A stretch of 64,000 bases of DNA from a virus. Its lineage: Duplodnaviria; Heunggongvirae; Uroviricota; Caudoviricetes. This document shows positions 28,256 to 39,800 of the stretch, piece after piece. Under the pieces are notes generated by a model that searched no databases, had not been told where the DNA came from, and saw only the letters and a list, made by a program, of their open reading frames with translations. The stretch spans positions 1-64,000 of IMG/VR virus record IMGVR_UViG_3300031867_000014; one strand, 5' to 3'. The stretch's first letter is position 1. Each line of letters opens with the position of its first letter. The position numbers and the translations under genes are program-made.

Positions 28256-29190
28256 TGAAAAAGAATTTTATTAACGAAACGCATATTGAGGGTCTGCTTT
28301 ACGACCATAAGCTTGAGAAGAAAATTACTGGCGCACAGTCCAAGAATCCTGGCACTGAATTCATCGCAGGTACTATCAGTGTTGCAACTGATGATAAGAT
28401 GGAGAATGTTGTCCAGATCCATTATACTTATGTAACTGCAACCACCGCCAAGGGCAATGCGAATGCTTCTTTCGCGGCGCTGGAGAAGATTATCAACGAG
28501 AATCCTACGGTTCTGAATGTTGGAGCTGATAAGGCAATTAAGGTTCGTTGTGATAGCACGATCAACCTGCTTGAGTGGTATCGTGAAGTAACGGATGAAA
28601 AGCCTGTGTCTATTATGCGCAATGAAGGCGGTTTCATTCATATTGTAACCTCTATTAATGAGGATGAAAAGCAGCGCAATACCTTTAAAGCTGATGTGGT
28701 TATCACCAGCGTTAAGGATGTTGAAGCTGATCCCGAAAAGAATATGGATGCATATGTCCGTGTTCGTGGTTGTGTATTCGATTTCCGTAAGGCATTGCTC
28801 CCTGTCGAATTTGTGGTTCGTAGCAAGGGCGGTATGAACTACTTCAGCGGTCTTGAAGCAAGTCCTAAGCATCCGGTATTCACTTGTGTGTGGGGCCGTC
28901 AGCTTAGTCAGACTGTTGTAACCAAGACTGTTACTGAGTCTGCATTTGGTGAGGATGAAGTTCGTGAGCGTCAGACCACGACTCGTGAGTATGTAATTAG
29001 CGGTGCGAGTAAGTCTCCTTACGAGTGGGATGATGAAGAAACGATCACGGCGGCTGAAATGAGCCAGGCCATGAGCGATCGTGAACTTTATCTGGCGTCT
29101 ATGAAGAAGCGTCAGGAAGAGTGGCAGGCGAATAAGGGCAGCGGTAGTGCGTCTGCGGTTTCTTCTGAAACAACTGGTTATAACTTTTAA
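28255..29190 (+). CDS. putative single-stranded-DNA-binding protein with an acidic C-terminal tail ending in F
   Basis: C-terminus '...SSETTGYNF' resembles an SSB tail; sits next to a Sak4-like ATPase; GC-richer. Confidence 0.4.
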   Translation: MKKNFINETHIEGLLYDHKLEKKITGAQSKNPGTEFIAGTISVATDDKMENVVQIHYTYVTATTAKGNANASFAALEKIINENPTVLNVGADKAIKVRCDSTINLLEWYREVTDEKPVSIMRNEGGFIHIVTSINEDEKQRNTFKADVVITSVKDVEADPEKNMDAYVRVRGCVFDFRKALLPVEFVVRSKGGMNYFSGLEASPKHPVFTCVWGRQLSQTVVTKTVTESAFGEDEVRERQTTTREYVISGASKSPYEWDDEETITAAEMSQAMSDRELYLASMKKRQEEWQANKGSGSASAVSSETTGYNF

Positions 29191-29209
29191 TTAAAGGAGG
29201 GCACGACAT

Positions 29210-30193
29210 ATGGGAATTTTGTCAAGCATTAAGCCCCATGTAGTAAGCCGTGACCTTCGTGGATATAGTGTGCTATTCTATGGCACTCCTAAGAGTGGCA
29301 AGACCACAATCGCGTCCCATTTTCCGGGCGCGGTTGTGTTCGCCTTCGAAAAGGGCTACTCTGCTATCCCTGGCATTATGGCAACTCCTGTGAACAGCTG
29401 GGGCGAATTCCGTAAACTTCTTATTGAATTGAAGGATGAGGAAACGAAAAAGCAGTTCCAGACCGTAATTATTGACACCGCAGATATTGCATATGATTAT
29501 TGTGAAAAATATATCTGCGATGACAATAATGTAGATACTATTGGCGATATCCCCTATGGTAAGGGTTATAGCCTTGTGCATGATGAATTTGACTCTTGTA
29601 TTCGTAAGATCATCCAGCTTGGATATGGTTTGGTTTTGATTTCTCATAGCACTGACCGTGTTGAGAAAGATGAACAGGGCAATGAATATACTCGTATGGA
29701 GCCTACTCTGGATAAACGTGGTCGTTTGATCTGCGAAAGAACTTGTGATATTATTGGACTTAGTCGTCCTTATAAGAATGAAGATGGTACTATTGAAACA
29801 CGTCTTTATCTTCGTGAAACACCTCGCTATGTTGCCGGTTCTCGTTTCAAGTATATGCCTGATTATATTGTGTTCACTTATGAAAATCTTGTGAAAGCAA
29901 TAGGTGAGGCTATTGATAAAGAGGCAGCCGAGCATGACGGCAAACTAGTAACTGATGAACGTGAAAATAACTATATCGAAAAGAAAGAGCAAATTCCGCC
30001 ACTGGCAGATATGAAGAAAGAAGCTGAAACATTATTTGGTGGATTGATGGAAAAAGATCCAGCAAATCGTATGCAGATTTCTAAAATTATCGCTGAATAT
30101 CTCGGCCAGGGCAAGACCTTCAAGGATACAACCGAAAAGGATGCTGAAAAGGTTTGGCTCATTATTCAGGAACTTCGTCGTCTTATGAAGTGA
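29210..30193 (+). CDS. Sak4-like RecA-fold ATPase (AAA_24 family) associated with phage recombination
   Basis: 'LFYGTPKSGKTT' Walker A plus AAA_24 architecture. Confidence 0.7.
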   Translation: MGILSSIKPHVVSRDLRGYSVLFYGTPKSGKTTIASHFPGAVVFAFEKGYSAIPGIMATPVNSWGEFRKLLIELKDEETKKQFQTVIIDTADIAYDYCEKYICDDNNVDTIGDIPYGKGYSLVHDEFDSCIRKIIQLGYGLVLISHSTDRVEKDEQGNEYTRMEPTLDKRGRLICERTCDIIGLSRPYKNEDGTIETRLYLRETPRYVAGSRFKYMPDYIVFTYENLVKAIGEAIDKEAAEHDGKLVTDERENNYIEKKEQIPPLADMKKEAETLFGGLMEKDPANRMQISKIIAEYLGQGKTFKDTTEKDAEKVWLIIQELRRLMK

Positions 30194-30212
30194 GCCTCTT
30201 AGAGATAATGAA

Positions 30213-30255
30213 GCGGGTGTCTAAAGCACCCGCTTGACTTTTATCTCTTTTTTTG
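30213..30255 (+). terminator. intrinsic terminator overlapping the next promoter's -35
   Basis: gcgggtg-tctaaa-gcacccgc followed by a T-run. Confidence 0.65.
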
Positions 30256-30263
30256 ATATAATA
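30235..30263 (+). promoter_or_regulatory. early promoter (TTGACT, 17 nt, TGaTATAAT)
   Basis: Family member. Confidence 0.7.
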
Positions 30264-30295
30264 TATATAGGAATGAAGCATAAAGGAGTAAAAAG

Positions 30296-30466
30296 ATGTT
30301 CTTCACCCCAGCACAGATATGTATTATAGGTTTAATTATTGTCGCGGCAGTTGTATCTGTGTTTCAGATTAAGCAACAGCCTAAAAAAGCATGGCCCTGG
30401 ATCATTGGATATTGGGTCTTATTGACAATTAAGAATATTGTAGATTTATTGATGGCGGTGTTATAA
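30296..30466 (+). CDS. small membrane protein (2 TM segments, 56 aa)
   Basis: RBS AAAGGAG; hydrophobic helices. Confidence 0.4.
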   Translation: MFFTPAQICIIGLIIVAAVVSVFQIKQQPKKAWPWIIGYWVLLTIKNIVDLLMAVL

Positions 30467-30467
30467 A

Positions 30468-30992
30468 ATGGCGAAAAAGTCAGCTGTAAAATGTCCATAT
30501 TGTGGCAAAACATTCTTTCGAGAAACAGAAGAATATGTGCAGATTAACAGCCGACGGTATGCACATAAGGCTTGTTATGATCGTCACAATGCTGAGTTAA
30601 CACAAGAAGAACGAGATAAAGACATACTATGTAAGTTTATTAAAAAATTATTTGGAATTGAAACTATTCCTGCAAAAATAACAAAACAAATGCAGGATTA
30701 TCATGATAATAAACAATATACTTACAGTGGAATGTATAAAAGTTTAGTTTGGTTTTATGAAATCAAAAAGAATCCAATAGAAAAAGCTAATGGCGGTATT
30801 GGAATCATTCCATATGTTTATGAAAATGCTCGCAATTATTATACCGCAATGTGGCAAGCACAACAACAAAATCAAGCAAAACCGATCGAACAATGGAAAC
30901 CGAATGTGATTGAAATTCACATTCCACCACCTCAACGTAAACCGATGAAAACTCATAAGTTTGCGTTTATGGACGAAGGAGAAGAAGAATAA
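30468..30992 (+). CDS. zinc-finger protein, hypothetical
   Basis: CPYCG...HKACYDRH. Confidence 0.5.
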   Translation: MAKKSAVKCPYCGKTFFRETEEYVQINSRRYAHKACYDRHNAELTQEERDKDILCKFIKKLFGIETIPAKITKQMQDYHDNKQYTYSGMYKSLVWFYEIKKNPIEKANGGIGIIPYVYENARNYYTAMWQAQQQNQAKPIEQWKPNVIEIHIPPPQRKPMKTHKFAFMDEGEEE

Positions 30993-32539
30993 TGGCATCA
31001 AAATATGTTGATAACACAGCAATCGTACAAGTGATTGGCTGTATCTATAATGATCCTTCTATTTTGGATGCCGATGATGTATATAATATTAGTGAAGATG
31101 ATTTTCCAGATGAATTCCACCGTATCTTAATTGGCGCAATGTTTAGATTGCATGATAGCGGTGTTGATCGTATGAACCTGGAAGTCATTAATGACTATTT
31201 TGAGAATCATCCTAAATATAAGGCTACTTTTGAAGCGAATCGTGGTAACGAATATCTTGATAAAGTAAGTGAAGTAGCGATTCGATCTACATTTGATTAT
31301 TATTATAAGCGCATGAGAAAATTTACATTATTGCGCATGTATGATAATCTTGGTATGGATGTCTCTTGGCTTTATGATCCAGATAATGTTTTGGATACAA
31401 AGAAAAAAGAAGCACAAGAGGAATGGTTTGACAATGTAACTCCTGCAGAAATTGCAGATAAAATTGATAATAGAATTGATGCGCTACGATCTAAATTTGT
31501 GGACAATGATGATGGCGCAGGCTCATTTAAAGCTGGCGACGATATTGAAGAACTTATCACAAAGTTTGAAACAGTTCCTGACGTTGGTGTTCAGCTTTAT
31601 GGTAACTATATCAATACTATTACAAGAGGAGCCAGATTGGGTAAGTTTTATTTACGTTCCGCGCCAACTGGAATCGGAAAAACAAGAAGTATGATCGCTG
31701 ATGCTTGTTATATTGGTTGTGATTACTTTTATGATGAACAATTCGGCTGGCGAAAAAATGGTAAAGCATTTCCAACTTTATTTATTGGAACTGAACAAGA
31801 TAAGGAAGAAATTCAAACCATGATGTTAGCTTTCTTATCCAATGTAAATGAAGAACATATTCTAACTGGTCGATATGAAAATGATGAACGTGAAAGGGTA
31901 TTTCGCGCGGCACAAGTTATAAAAGAAAGTCCATTATATATTGAAGTTTTACCAGAATTTAACTTGCAAGATGTTGAAAATACAATTAAACGAAATCTAA
32001 GAGATAAAGATATACAGTATGTATTCCATGATTATATTCATACAAGTATTAAAATCTTAGAAGAAATTAGCCGTCGCGCTGGTAAAGTTACTCTTCGTGA
32101 GGATAATATTCTATTTCTTTTAAGCGCAAAGATCAAGGATATATGTGTAAAACATAATGTCTTTATTATGAGCGCAACACAGTTAAATGGTGATTATCAA
32201 GATAGCAAAACACCTGATCAAAACTTACTTCGCGGTGCTAAAGCTATTGCTGATAAAATTGACTATGGTTCTATTCTTTTGCCCGTAAAAGAACAGGACC
32301 TCGGTAGTTTGGAAACGATTTTACAAAAGAATCCACAGTTTCCAACTCCAAAAATAAAATTATCCATATACAAAAATCGTCGTGGTAGATATAAGAGCGT
32401 AATTCTCTGGTGTGATGCTGATTTAGGCACTTGCCGCATTAAGCCACTATTTATGACCGATTTCCAGTATGAATGGATTGGAATTGATGAATTAAAGATT
32501 GTAGTAGATGAATTTAGTGCATTTGAGGAGGACGAATAA
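30992..32539 (+). CDS. replicative DNA helicase (DnaB-like, SF4)
   Basis: N-terminal DnaB domain followed by a RecA-like core 'APTGIGKT'. Confidence 0.8.
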   Translation: MASKYVDNTAIVQVIGCIYNDPSILDADDVYNISEDDFPDEFHRILIGAMFRLHDSGVDRMNLEVINDYFENHPKYKATFEANRGNEYLDKVSEVAIRSTFDYYYKRMRKFTLLRMYDNLGMDVSWLYDPDNVLDTKKKEAQEEWFDNVTPAEIADKIDNRIDALRSKFVDNDDGAGSFKAGDDIEELITKFETVPDVGVQLYGNYINTITRGARLGKFYLRSAPTGIGKTRSMIADACYIGCDYFYDEQFGWRKNGKAFPTLFIGTEQDKEEIQTMMLAFLSNVNEEHILTGRYENDERERVFRAAQVIKESPLYIEVLPEFNLQDVENTIKRNLRDKDIQYVFHDYIHTSIKILEEISRRAGKVTLREDNILFLLSAKIKDICVKHNVFIMSATQLNGDYQDSKTPDQNLLRGAKAIADKIDYGSILLPVKEQDLGSLETILQKNPQFPTPKIKLSIYKNRRGRYKSVILWCDADLGTCRIKPLFMTDFQYEWIGIDELKIVVDEFSAFEEDE

Positions 32540-32540
32540 G

Positions 32541-32738
32541 ATGGCTAAGAAAAATAAGAACAATGTAACTGCACAGAAGACGCCTGAAGTAGCTGGTCGT
32601 GCGATTGGATATTCCATGACGGCTGATGCTTATAAAGGTATGCTGGATGAATTTAAGACTCCAGATGCAGTATTGGCTTATATTAACCAGACTTATGGAT
32701 TGCTGGGAACGGTAACTGAAATTGTAATCGAGGGATAA
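32541..32738 (+). CDS. small hypothetical protein
   Basis: ATG 32541 with RBS GAGGAGG. Confidence 0.4.
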   Translation: MAKKNKNNVTAQKTPEVAGRAIGYSMTADAYKGMLDEFKTPDAVLAYINQTYGLLGTVTEIVIEG

Positions 32739-32740
32739 AC

Positions 32741-33850
32741 ATGAGATTTGACAAGGACGAAATCAAGGAACAATTAACTCCGGAAATGGTCGAAGAAGTA
32801 GTCCGTGATTTCGGCGGTGACCCGCAAGATACAAATTTTGGTTTCATTGCGGGCACCATCTGTCATAATCATCCTGGTGAAGGGAGTCATAAACTTTACT
32901 ATTATGCAAACACCAGATTGTTTAGATGTTACACAGGATGCGACGCCACCTTCGACGTGTTCGAACTTGTATGTAAAGTCCATAATCTCAGCAGTCCTAA
33001 AGAATCACAATGGGGACTTGTTGATGGAGTTCGATACATCGCTTCTAAATTCGGAATTAGCGGGGCAGCCGCTGCCGAAGAAGAACAATGGGGAGCAGTC
33101 CCAAACTGGCAAATTTTTGAAAAATATGATAAAATAAAAGTAAGTAAAGAAGATCAAAAGCGGATTCAGCTCAAAGAATATGATCCAATTATTTTAGATA
33201 GAATGTGCTATCCACGAATCGCTGATTGGCTTGATGCCGGAATGAAGCAAGATGTGCTTGCGGCAAATCGTATTGGATTCTGTCCTTTGACTGACCAAAT
33301 AACTATTCCGCATTTTGATAAAGACGGCCGCTTTATAGGATTGCGTGGTAGATTTCTTGGTAAACAAGAAGCTGAAATGTATGGAAAATATCGTCCTATG
33401 TTTCTTAACGGACAAATGTACAATCATCCTTTAGGGTTAAATCTTTATAATCTTAACAATAGTAAGCAACAGATAAGCAAAATTAAGAAAGCCATAGTAT
33501 TTGAGGGCGAAAAATCTTGTTTGTTCTATCAATCATATTTTGGTCATGATGTAGATATTTCTGTCGCTTGTTGCGGTAGTGCAGTAAGTTCTTTCCAAAT
33601 GGAATTATTAATGCAATGTGGAGCTAAGGAAATTATTATCGCTTTTGATAGACAGTTTCAAACTCGTAATGATGATGAATTTAAACATTTGGTAAAGAAT
33701 TTAAAAGCTATACATGGTAAATATAAAAATTATGTCAATATAAGTTTTATCTTTGATAAAGATTGTAAGTATTTAGGATACAAAGATAGCCCAATAGATT
33801 GTGGGGCGGAGACCTTTGTTACATTATTTAAGAATAGAGTGGTATTATAA
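32741..33850 (+). CDS. DNA primase (zinc ribbon plus TOPRIM, DnaG-like)
   Basis: CHNH...C..C zinc-binding segment; TOPRIM 'VFEGEKS' and 'AFDRQ'. Confidence 0.75.
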   Translation: MRFDKDEIKEQLTPEMVEEVVRDFGGDPQDTNFGFIAGTICHNHPGEGSHKLYYYANTRLFRCYTGCDATFDVFELVCKVHNLSSPKESQWGLVDGVRYIASKFGISGAAAAEEEQWGAVPNWQIFEKYDKIKVSKEDQKRIQLKEYDPIILDRMCYPRIADWLDAGMKQDVLAANRIGFCPLTDQITIPHFDKDGRFIGLRGRFLGKQEAEMYGKYRPMFLNGQMYNHPLGLNLYNLNNSKQQISKIKKAIVFEGEKSCLFYQSYFGHDVDISVACCGSAVSSFQMELLMQCGAKEIIIAFDRQFQTRNDDEFKHLVKNLKAIHGKYKNYVNISFIFDKDCKYLGYKDSPIDCGAETFVTLFKNRVVL

Positions 33851-35584
33851 ATGGAAATTAAGTTGAGATATGGTGGTGAAAATCTGGATCCAATTAGTAA
33901 AATTTTATATACAAGAGATACTGATTGGTCTTTTCTAAAGCCAAGTCCGGATGACGAATTGCCGCCCGAGGATTTGGATAATATAGAAGCTGCGGCGAGA
34001 CGTATACTGAGTGCTTTGGTGCATCAAGAACAGGTATACGTCCAAGTAGACAGTGATTGTGATGGTTATACTTCCGCTGCATTGCTTTTAAACTATATGC
34101 ATGATATTGCACCTGCAACGGTAGAAAGTAAATGGAAATATGCGTTACATAAAAACAAAACACATGGTATCTGTGAAGAAACCATCCCAGAAGGAACAAC
34201 TCTTGTCATTGCTCCAGACTCGTCTTCGAACGAATGTGCCATACACATGGACTTGCACGAACGTGGAATCGACTGCGTCGTCTTGGACCACCATGAATTC
34301 GAACTGGAGCCAAACGAAACAGCCATCATCGTCAATAACCAGAGTGGCAACTATGCCAATCGTGGATTGTCAGGGGTGGGTGTCGTTTACAAAACTTTAC
34401 AAGTAATTGATAAGTTACGTAATAAAGTTGGAGCAGTTACTTATTATCAGGATATTGTAGCTGTAGGTTTAATTGGAGATATGATGGATCAGCGTTATGC
34501 TGAAACAAATTATTATATTAATGAAGGTTTAAAGATTTTTAATAATCCTTTCTTTGTATATCTTGCAGATAAAAATGATTATTCAATGAAGAGCAAGCGG
34601 ACACCGCATTCGGTTGCTTGGTTTATTGTACCGTTTATTAATGCAGTTACAAGAGTAGGCTCTGATGAAGATAAATTATTAGTTTTTGAATCAATGTTGA
34701 CTTGGAAAGCTGGGCAATTAATTCCAAGTGATAAACGTGGTGCTAAAGGGCAAGAAGAATTACGGGTAGTCCAGGCTGTGCGGCATGCCTCTAACATCAA
34801 GCGGCACCAAGACGATGAAAAGAAAAAGCTGCTCGATGAAATGTATATGAAAATTGAAAAATATAATTTGTTAATCGAGCCACTTTTGATTATTCAGAAT
34901 AAGGGATTGACTGATGATGACCCTATTCGTGGTATTACTGGGTTGGTGGCTAATGCTCTTATGGCCGAATATACCAAACCGACTCTTATCCTTAATGAAA
35001 CAACAGATCCAGAAACTGGGGAAACGATTTGGTCTGGAAGTGGACGAGGATTTAACACAGCTGGTGTTACTAATTGGCGTGATTTTATTAGTAATAGTGG
35101 GTATGCCATTTTTGCCCAAGGTCATGCCATGGCTTTTGGTGTGGCTTTTACCGCCACTAATCTGGAAAATTTTAAACAATTCGTAAGAGAAAAATTTGGT
35201 AATACTAAATTTGAAAAAACTTATGAAGTAGATTTCATATGGACTATGAATGATACTTTTGATAATATAATTTTAGATATTGGACGCTATAAAGATGTTT
35301 GGGGACAAGGCGTACCCGAACCTGTTGTAGCGATTGAACATATTAAAATTGATGACCCAGTTACAATAAGTCTTTTAAGTAAAGGTACTTTACGTATTGA
35401 TCTTAAGCCACATCAAACATCTATTATTAAATTTGGTAGTAATGTAGATGAATATCAAAAACTTTTAGGTAAAACTATTACAGTAATTGGTAATTGTCAA
35501 ATTAATGATTATATGGGACGAGAAACTCCTCAAATCCAAGTCATTGATTATTTCTTTGAAACTGTTTCGACGTGGGATTTTTGA
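33851..35584 (+). CDS. DHH-family phosphoesterase (RecJ-like exonuclease)
   Basis: 'DCDGYTSAA' and 'LDHHE' DHH motifs plus a DHHA1-like C-terminus. Confidence 0.75.
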   Translation: MEIKLRYGGENLDPISKILYTRDTDWSFLKPSPDDELPPEDLDNIEAAARRILSALVHQEQVYVQVDSDCDGYTSAALLLNYMHDIAPATVESKWKYALHKNKTHGICEETIPEGTTLVIAPDSSSNECAIHMDLHERGIDCVVLDHHEFELEPNETAIIVNNQSGNYANRGLSGVGVVYKTLQVIDKLRNKVGAVTYYQDIVAVGLIGDMMDQRYAETNYYINEGLKIFNNPFFVYLADKNDYSMKSKRTPHSVAWFIVPFINAVTRVGSDEDKLLVFESMLTWKAGQLIPSDKRGAKGQEELRVVQAVRHASNIKRHQDDEKKKLLDEMYMKIEKYNLLIEPLLIIQNKGLTDDDPIRGITGLVANALMAEYTKPTLILNETTDPETGETIWSGSGRGFNTAGVTNWRDFISNSGYAIFAQGHAMAFGVAFTATNLENFKQFVREKFGNTKFEKTYEVDFIWTMNDTFDNIILDIGRYKDVWGQGVPEPVVAIEHIKIDDPVTISLLSKGTLRIDLKPHQTSIIKFGSNVDEYQKLLGKTITVIGNCQINDYMGRETPQIQVIDYFFETVSTWDF

Positions 35585-35609
35585 CAATCAAAGAAAGATA
35601 TGATATAAT
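35581..35609 (+). promoter_or_regulatory. early promoter (TTGACA, 17 nt, TGaTATAAT)
   Basis: The -35 overlaps the stop codon of the RecJ-like gene. Confidence 0.7.
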
Positions 35610-35637
35610 ATAAAGAGAATGGGAATAGGAGATTGTT

Positions 35638-36816
35638 ATGATACTTACGGCGAAACAAGAACAAGGTTTGCGAATTGCAGTAGAACGATTTAAAAATAAT
35701 GAACCTTATACTGTAATCGCTGGATATGCTGGGGTTGGTAAATCAACTCTAATCCGTTTTATTATTGCAGCGCTTGATTTAGATCCACGGCATATTGCTT
35801 ATATTGCATATACTGGTAAGGCTGCACAAGTTTTAAGAAATAAGGGCTGTCCCAATGCTATGACAGCACATCGACTTTTGTATAATTCACGTCCAAGAGA
35901 AGATGGAACCTTTATGCATATCCCAAAGGATAGTTTAAGTCCTTATAAATTAATTGTAGTTGATGAAGTTTCTATGCTTCCTAAAAAAATGTGGGAGTTA
36001 TTACTTTATCATGGCATTCATGTAATTGCTATTGGTGATCCAGGCCAGTTGCCGCCAGTAGCAGCAGATAATAACAATGCTTTAGCACATCCGCATATCT
36101 TTTTAGATGAAGTTATGCGACAAGCTGCTGAAAGTGAAATTATCCAACTAACAATGCAAATTCGAGCTGGGGAACCATTGAAATATTATCAAGGTAATGA
36201 AGTTCGAGTTGTAGATAGAAATGAACTTTTAAAACCAGGTTTTCTTTTCTGGGGTGACCAAATTATTGTTGGTAAAAATGACACTCGTAATTATATCAAT
36301 GATAATATGCGCAAAAGCCTTTGGAAGGAACAATATCAAGTTGAACCCATTATTGGCGATCGTATTATTTGCTTACATAATGATTGGGAAGTTGTTAATG
36401 AAACCAGTGATGCTCTTGTAAATGGATTAACCGGAACTCTTACAGGTATTACTTATACAAATGATAATCCATTTATGGATAAAACACCAATTATTGATTT
36501 TCAACCAGATATTGAGGGTGTAGCTCCATTCATGGGATTAGAAGCTGATTATAAACTTTTAACTGAGAAAAAGCCTTTGATTACACGCGGCTATGATGGA
36601 ACTTGGCGGCATATTCCCAAACAATTCCATCCGGAAGAATTTGACTATGGTTATGCTATTACCTGCCATAAAGCACAAGGTTCTGAATTCAATAAAGTGA
36701 TTGTGCTGGAAGAATTCTTAAAAAGTGAAAAGCGTGAAGATCATATTAAATGGCTATATACTGCAGCGACACGAGCTGCGCAAAAACTTATCGTGGTCAA
36801 AAACTTTCATATTTGA
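35638..36816 (+). CDS. RecD/Pif1-like SF1 helicase
   Basis: 'GYAGVGKST', 'VDEVSM' and 'CHKAQGSEF' motifs. Confidence 0.8.
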   Translation: MILTAKQEQGLRIAVERFKNNEPYTVIAGYAGVGKSTLIRFIIAALDLDPRHIAYIAYTGKAAQVLRNKGCPNAMTAHRLLYNSRPREDGTFMHIPKDSLSPYKLIVVDEVSMLPKKMWELLLYHGIHVIAIGDPGQLPPVAADNNNALAHPHIFLDEVMRQAAESEIIQLTMQIRAGEPLKYYQGNEVRVVDRNELLKPGFLFWGDQIIVGKNDTRNYINDNMRKSLWKEQYQVEPIIGDRIICLHNDWEVVNETSDALVNGLTGTLTGITYTNDNPFMDKTPIIDFQPDIEGVAPFMGLEADYKLLTEKKPLITRGYDGTWRHIPKQFHPEEFDYGYAITCHKAQGSEFNKVIVLEEFLKSEKREDHIKWLYTAATRAAQKLIVVKNFHI

Positions 36817-36841
36817 TAAATATGTAAAAATATGATATAAT
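36813..36841 (+). promoter_or_regulatory. early promoter (TTGATA, 17 nt, TGaTATAAT)
   Basis: Family member. Confidence 0.7.
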
Positions 36842-36865
36842 ATAATAAAGAATGAAGAAAGAGGA

Positions 36866-39800
36866 TTGTTGGATATGGCGTTCTTTAATGACCACAATCA
36901 CACCGTATATAGCAATCTTAGACTTGTGGATTGTATCAATAAGCCGAAAGATCTAATTGATAGAGCAATTCAGTTAGGTCTTTCGGGTCTTGCTATAACT
37001 GACCATGAGGCTCTATGTTGTCATATTGAAGTAAATCAGTATGCGAAGAAAATTAAAGAACAGCATCCTGATTTTAAAATTGCGTTAGGTAATGAGATTT
37101 ATCTTACTGATACGCGTGAACCCCGTCAACAATATTATCATTTTATCTTGATCGCAAAAGATGCATTGGGCCATAAGGCTCTTCGTATTTTAAGTTCAAA
37201 AGCTTGGTATAATACATATTATTGGGTACAAGAGCGTGTTCCTACTCTTAAAAGTGAACTAGAAGAAGTTATGAAAGAGTATAAAGGACATGTAATTGCA
37301 ACCACCGCATGTATGGGCGGTGAAGCTTCTTCTATGTTAATGAGAGAAGCATTGGCTGCAAAAGCGGGTTTACAAGATGAACAAGCACATGCTCAATTGA
37401 CCAAGTTTATTGATTGGTGTATTAAAGTTTTTGGTAAAGAAGATTTCTATATCGAATGCGCGCCAAGTGCTTATGCAGATCAGATTGAATGTAATCATAA
37501 ATTATTGAGATTAGCTATGTCAGAAGATCTTAAGATGATTCCTGGCACAGATAGTCATTATCTTTCAAAAGATTTACGATTCGCACATAAGGCATATTTG
37601 AATTCAAAAGATGGTGAACGTGAAGTTGATGAATTCTATCAGTATGCATATCTTATGAGCGAAGAAGAAGCTCGGAATCTGCTCCGTTTAAGTTTTAATG
37701 ATGAAGCGATTTTGGATTGGCTTTTTGAAAATACTCAGATTTTGCAGAATAGCATTGAAGATTATTCTCTTGAACGTCCTCAACAGATTCCGATGGTTTC
37801 AATTAATCCTCCTGCGCCTGCTGCGTGGTGGGGTGTAAATAATCCATACGCTGATGATTTTGGTAGTGATGGATGTTATAAAACTTTAGGTTCATTGTTC
37901 ACGTCCTCAGAGCCTCAAGAGCGTCAGTGGGTAAATGATGTTTGGGAGGCACTCAATGAGAAAATTGGGTTTTGGGGAGATCATGAAGATTATGTGGCAA
38001 GACTGGAGACGGAAGCAGACGTTATTAAGTTTATTGGCGAGCGTCTTGGTACTTGTCTGTTCGCTTACTTTAATACTTTCAAGCATTATATTGATTTGTT
38101 TTGGGAGTGCGGTTCCATTGTGGGTCCTGGTCGTGGCAGCGCTACTGGGTTCCTTAGCAACTATCTTCTTGGCATTACGCAACTCGACCCGATGAAATGG
38201 AATCTTCCTTGGTGGAGATTCTTGAACAAAGAACGTGCGGAATTGCCAGACATTGATATTGATTTGGCACCAAGTGTTCGTCCCGAGATTTTTAAACGAA
38301 TTCGGGAAGAACGTGGAGAACTTGGATGTGTACAGGTTGTAACATTTGGTACAGAAGGTACAAAAAGTGCTATTCAGACAGCTTGCCGTGGTTATCGGTA
38401 TCAAGATGAAGATGGCAAAGAATTATATCCAGATGGAATCGATAATGATATTGCATTATATTTGAGTTCATTAATCCCACAAGAACGTGGATTTTTGTGG
38501 AGTTTGGATGATTGTATTAAAGGTAATGCAGATTTAGGTCGTCGTCCTGTTCATACATTAATCGCTGAATTGAATAAATATCCTGGACTATTAGAAATCA
38601 TTCAGAATATTGAAGGTGTTGTTAAACAGCGTGGTATTCATGCATCTGGCACAATTTTGTATGATGCAAATCATATCTTTGATACCGCCGCAATTATGCG
38701 TAGTAAAGAAGGAGATTTAACTACTTGTTATGATCTTCATATGTGTGAAGCGGCTGGCGATACAAAATATGACTTCTTGGTCACTGAAGTTTGCGATAAG
38801 ATGATTCAATGTTTGAATCTTTTAAAAGCAGATGGTGCGGTTGAAGATATGAGTTTGCGTGAACTATATGATAAGTATCTTCATCCAGAAGTGATTGATA
38901 CAACTGATCCACAAATTTGGGAACATCTTGCGGCAGGTGATGTATTGGACGTCTTCCAGTTCAATAGCGGTGTTGGTTTAGCGATGGCGAAAGCTATTAA
39001 AGCAACCAACCCTCTTGAAATGACTGCAGCAAATGCTATGATGCGTTTGATGTCTGAGCCTGGAATGGAAAGTCAGCAAGATCGTTATGTGCGTATTCGT
39101 GATGGTGGTTTGATTCAGTTTGATAAAGAAATGCATCGAGCCAAGTTGCCAGAGAAAATGATTGCAGCAATGCATAAATATTGTGATACATATTATGGTT
39201 GTTGCGCAATTCAGGAACAGATGATGCAAATCTTGATGGATCCTGATATTGCCAGTTTTAGTTTGAAAGATGCGAATGATGCACGCAAGATTGTTGCGAA
39301 AAAGCAGATGAAGCGTATTCCCGAATTGCGGCAAAAGGTATATGATGCAGTAGGAGAAAATGCAGATTATATCTGGGAAATCGCAGTTCGTCCGCAGTTA
39401 GGATATGCGTTTAGTTTGAATCATAGTTTGCCATATAGTTTTGTCGGTATTCAAACGATCATTCTAGCAACTAAGTTTAGTCCAGTTTATTGGAGTACAG
39501 CATGTTTGATTGTTAATAGTGGCGCAGTAGATCCCGATGCTGGCGGTCAGACAAATTATGGTAAAATTGCTAAAGCAGTTAATGACATGAAGAGTCGTGG
39601 GATTGATATTGAGCCTGTAGACATTAACACGTCAAATTATGAATTTACTCCTAATGCCGAAAAGAATCAAGTAATGTTCGGCATGAAAGGTCTATTGAAT
39701 GTCGGTGATGATATAATCGCGCAGATTATTGAAAAACGTCCATATAAGAGTTTCTTAGATTTTATAGGGCGTGTCAAGATCACTCGGCAGCCAATGATTT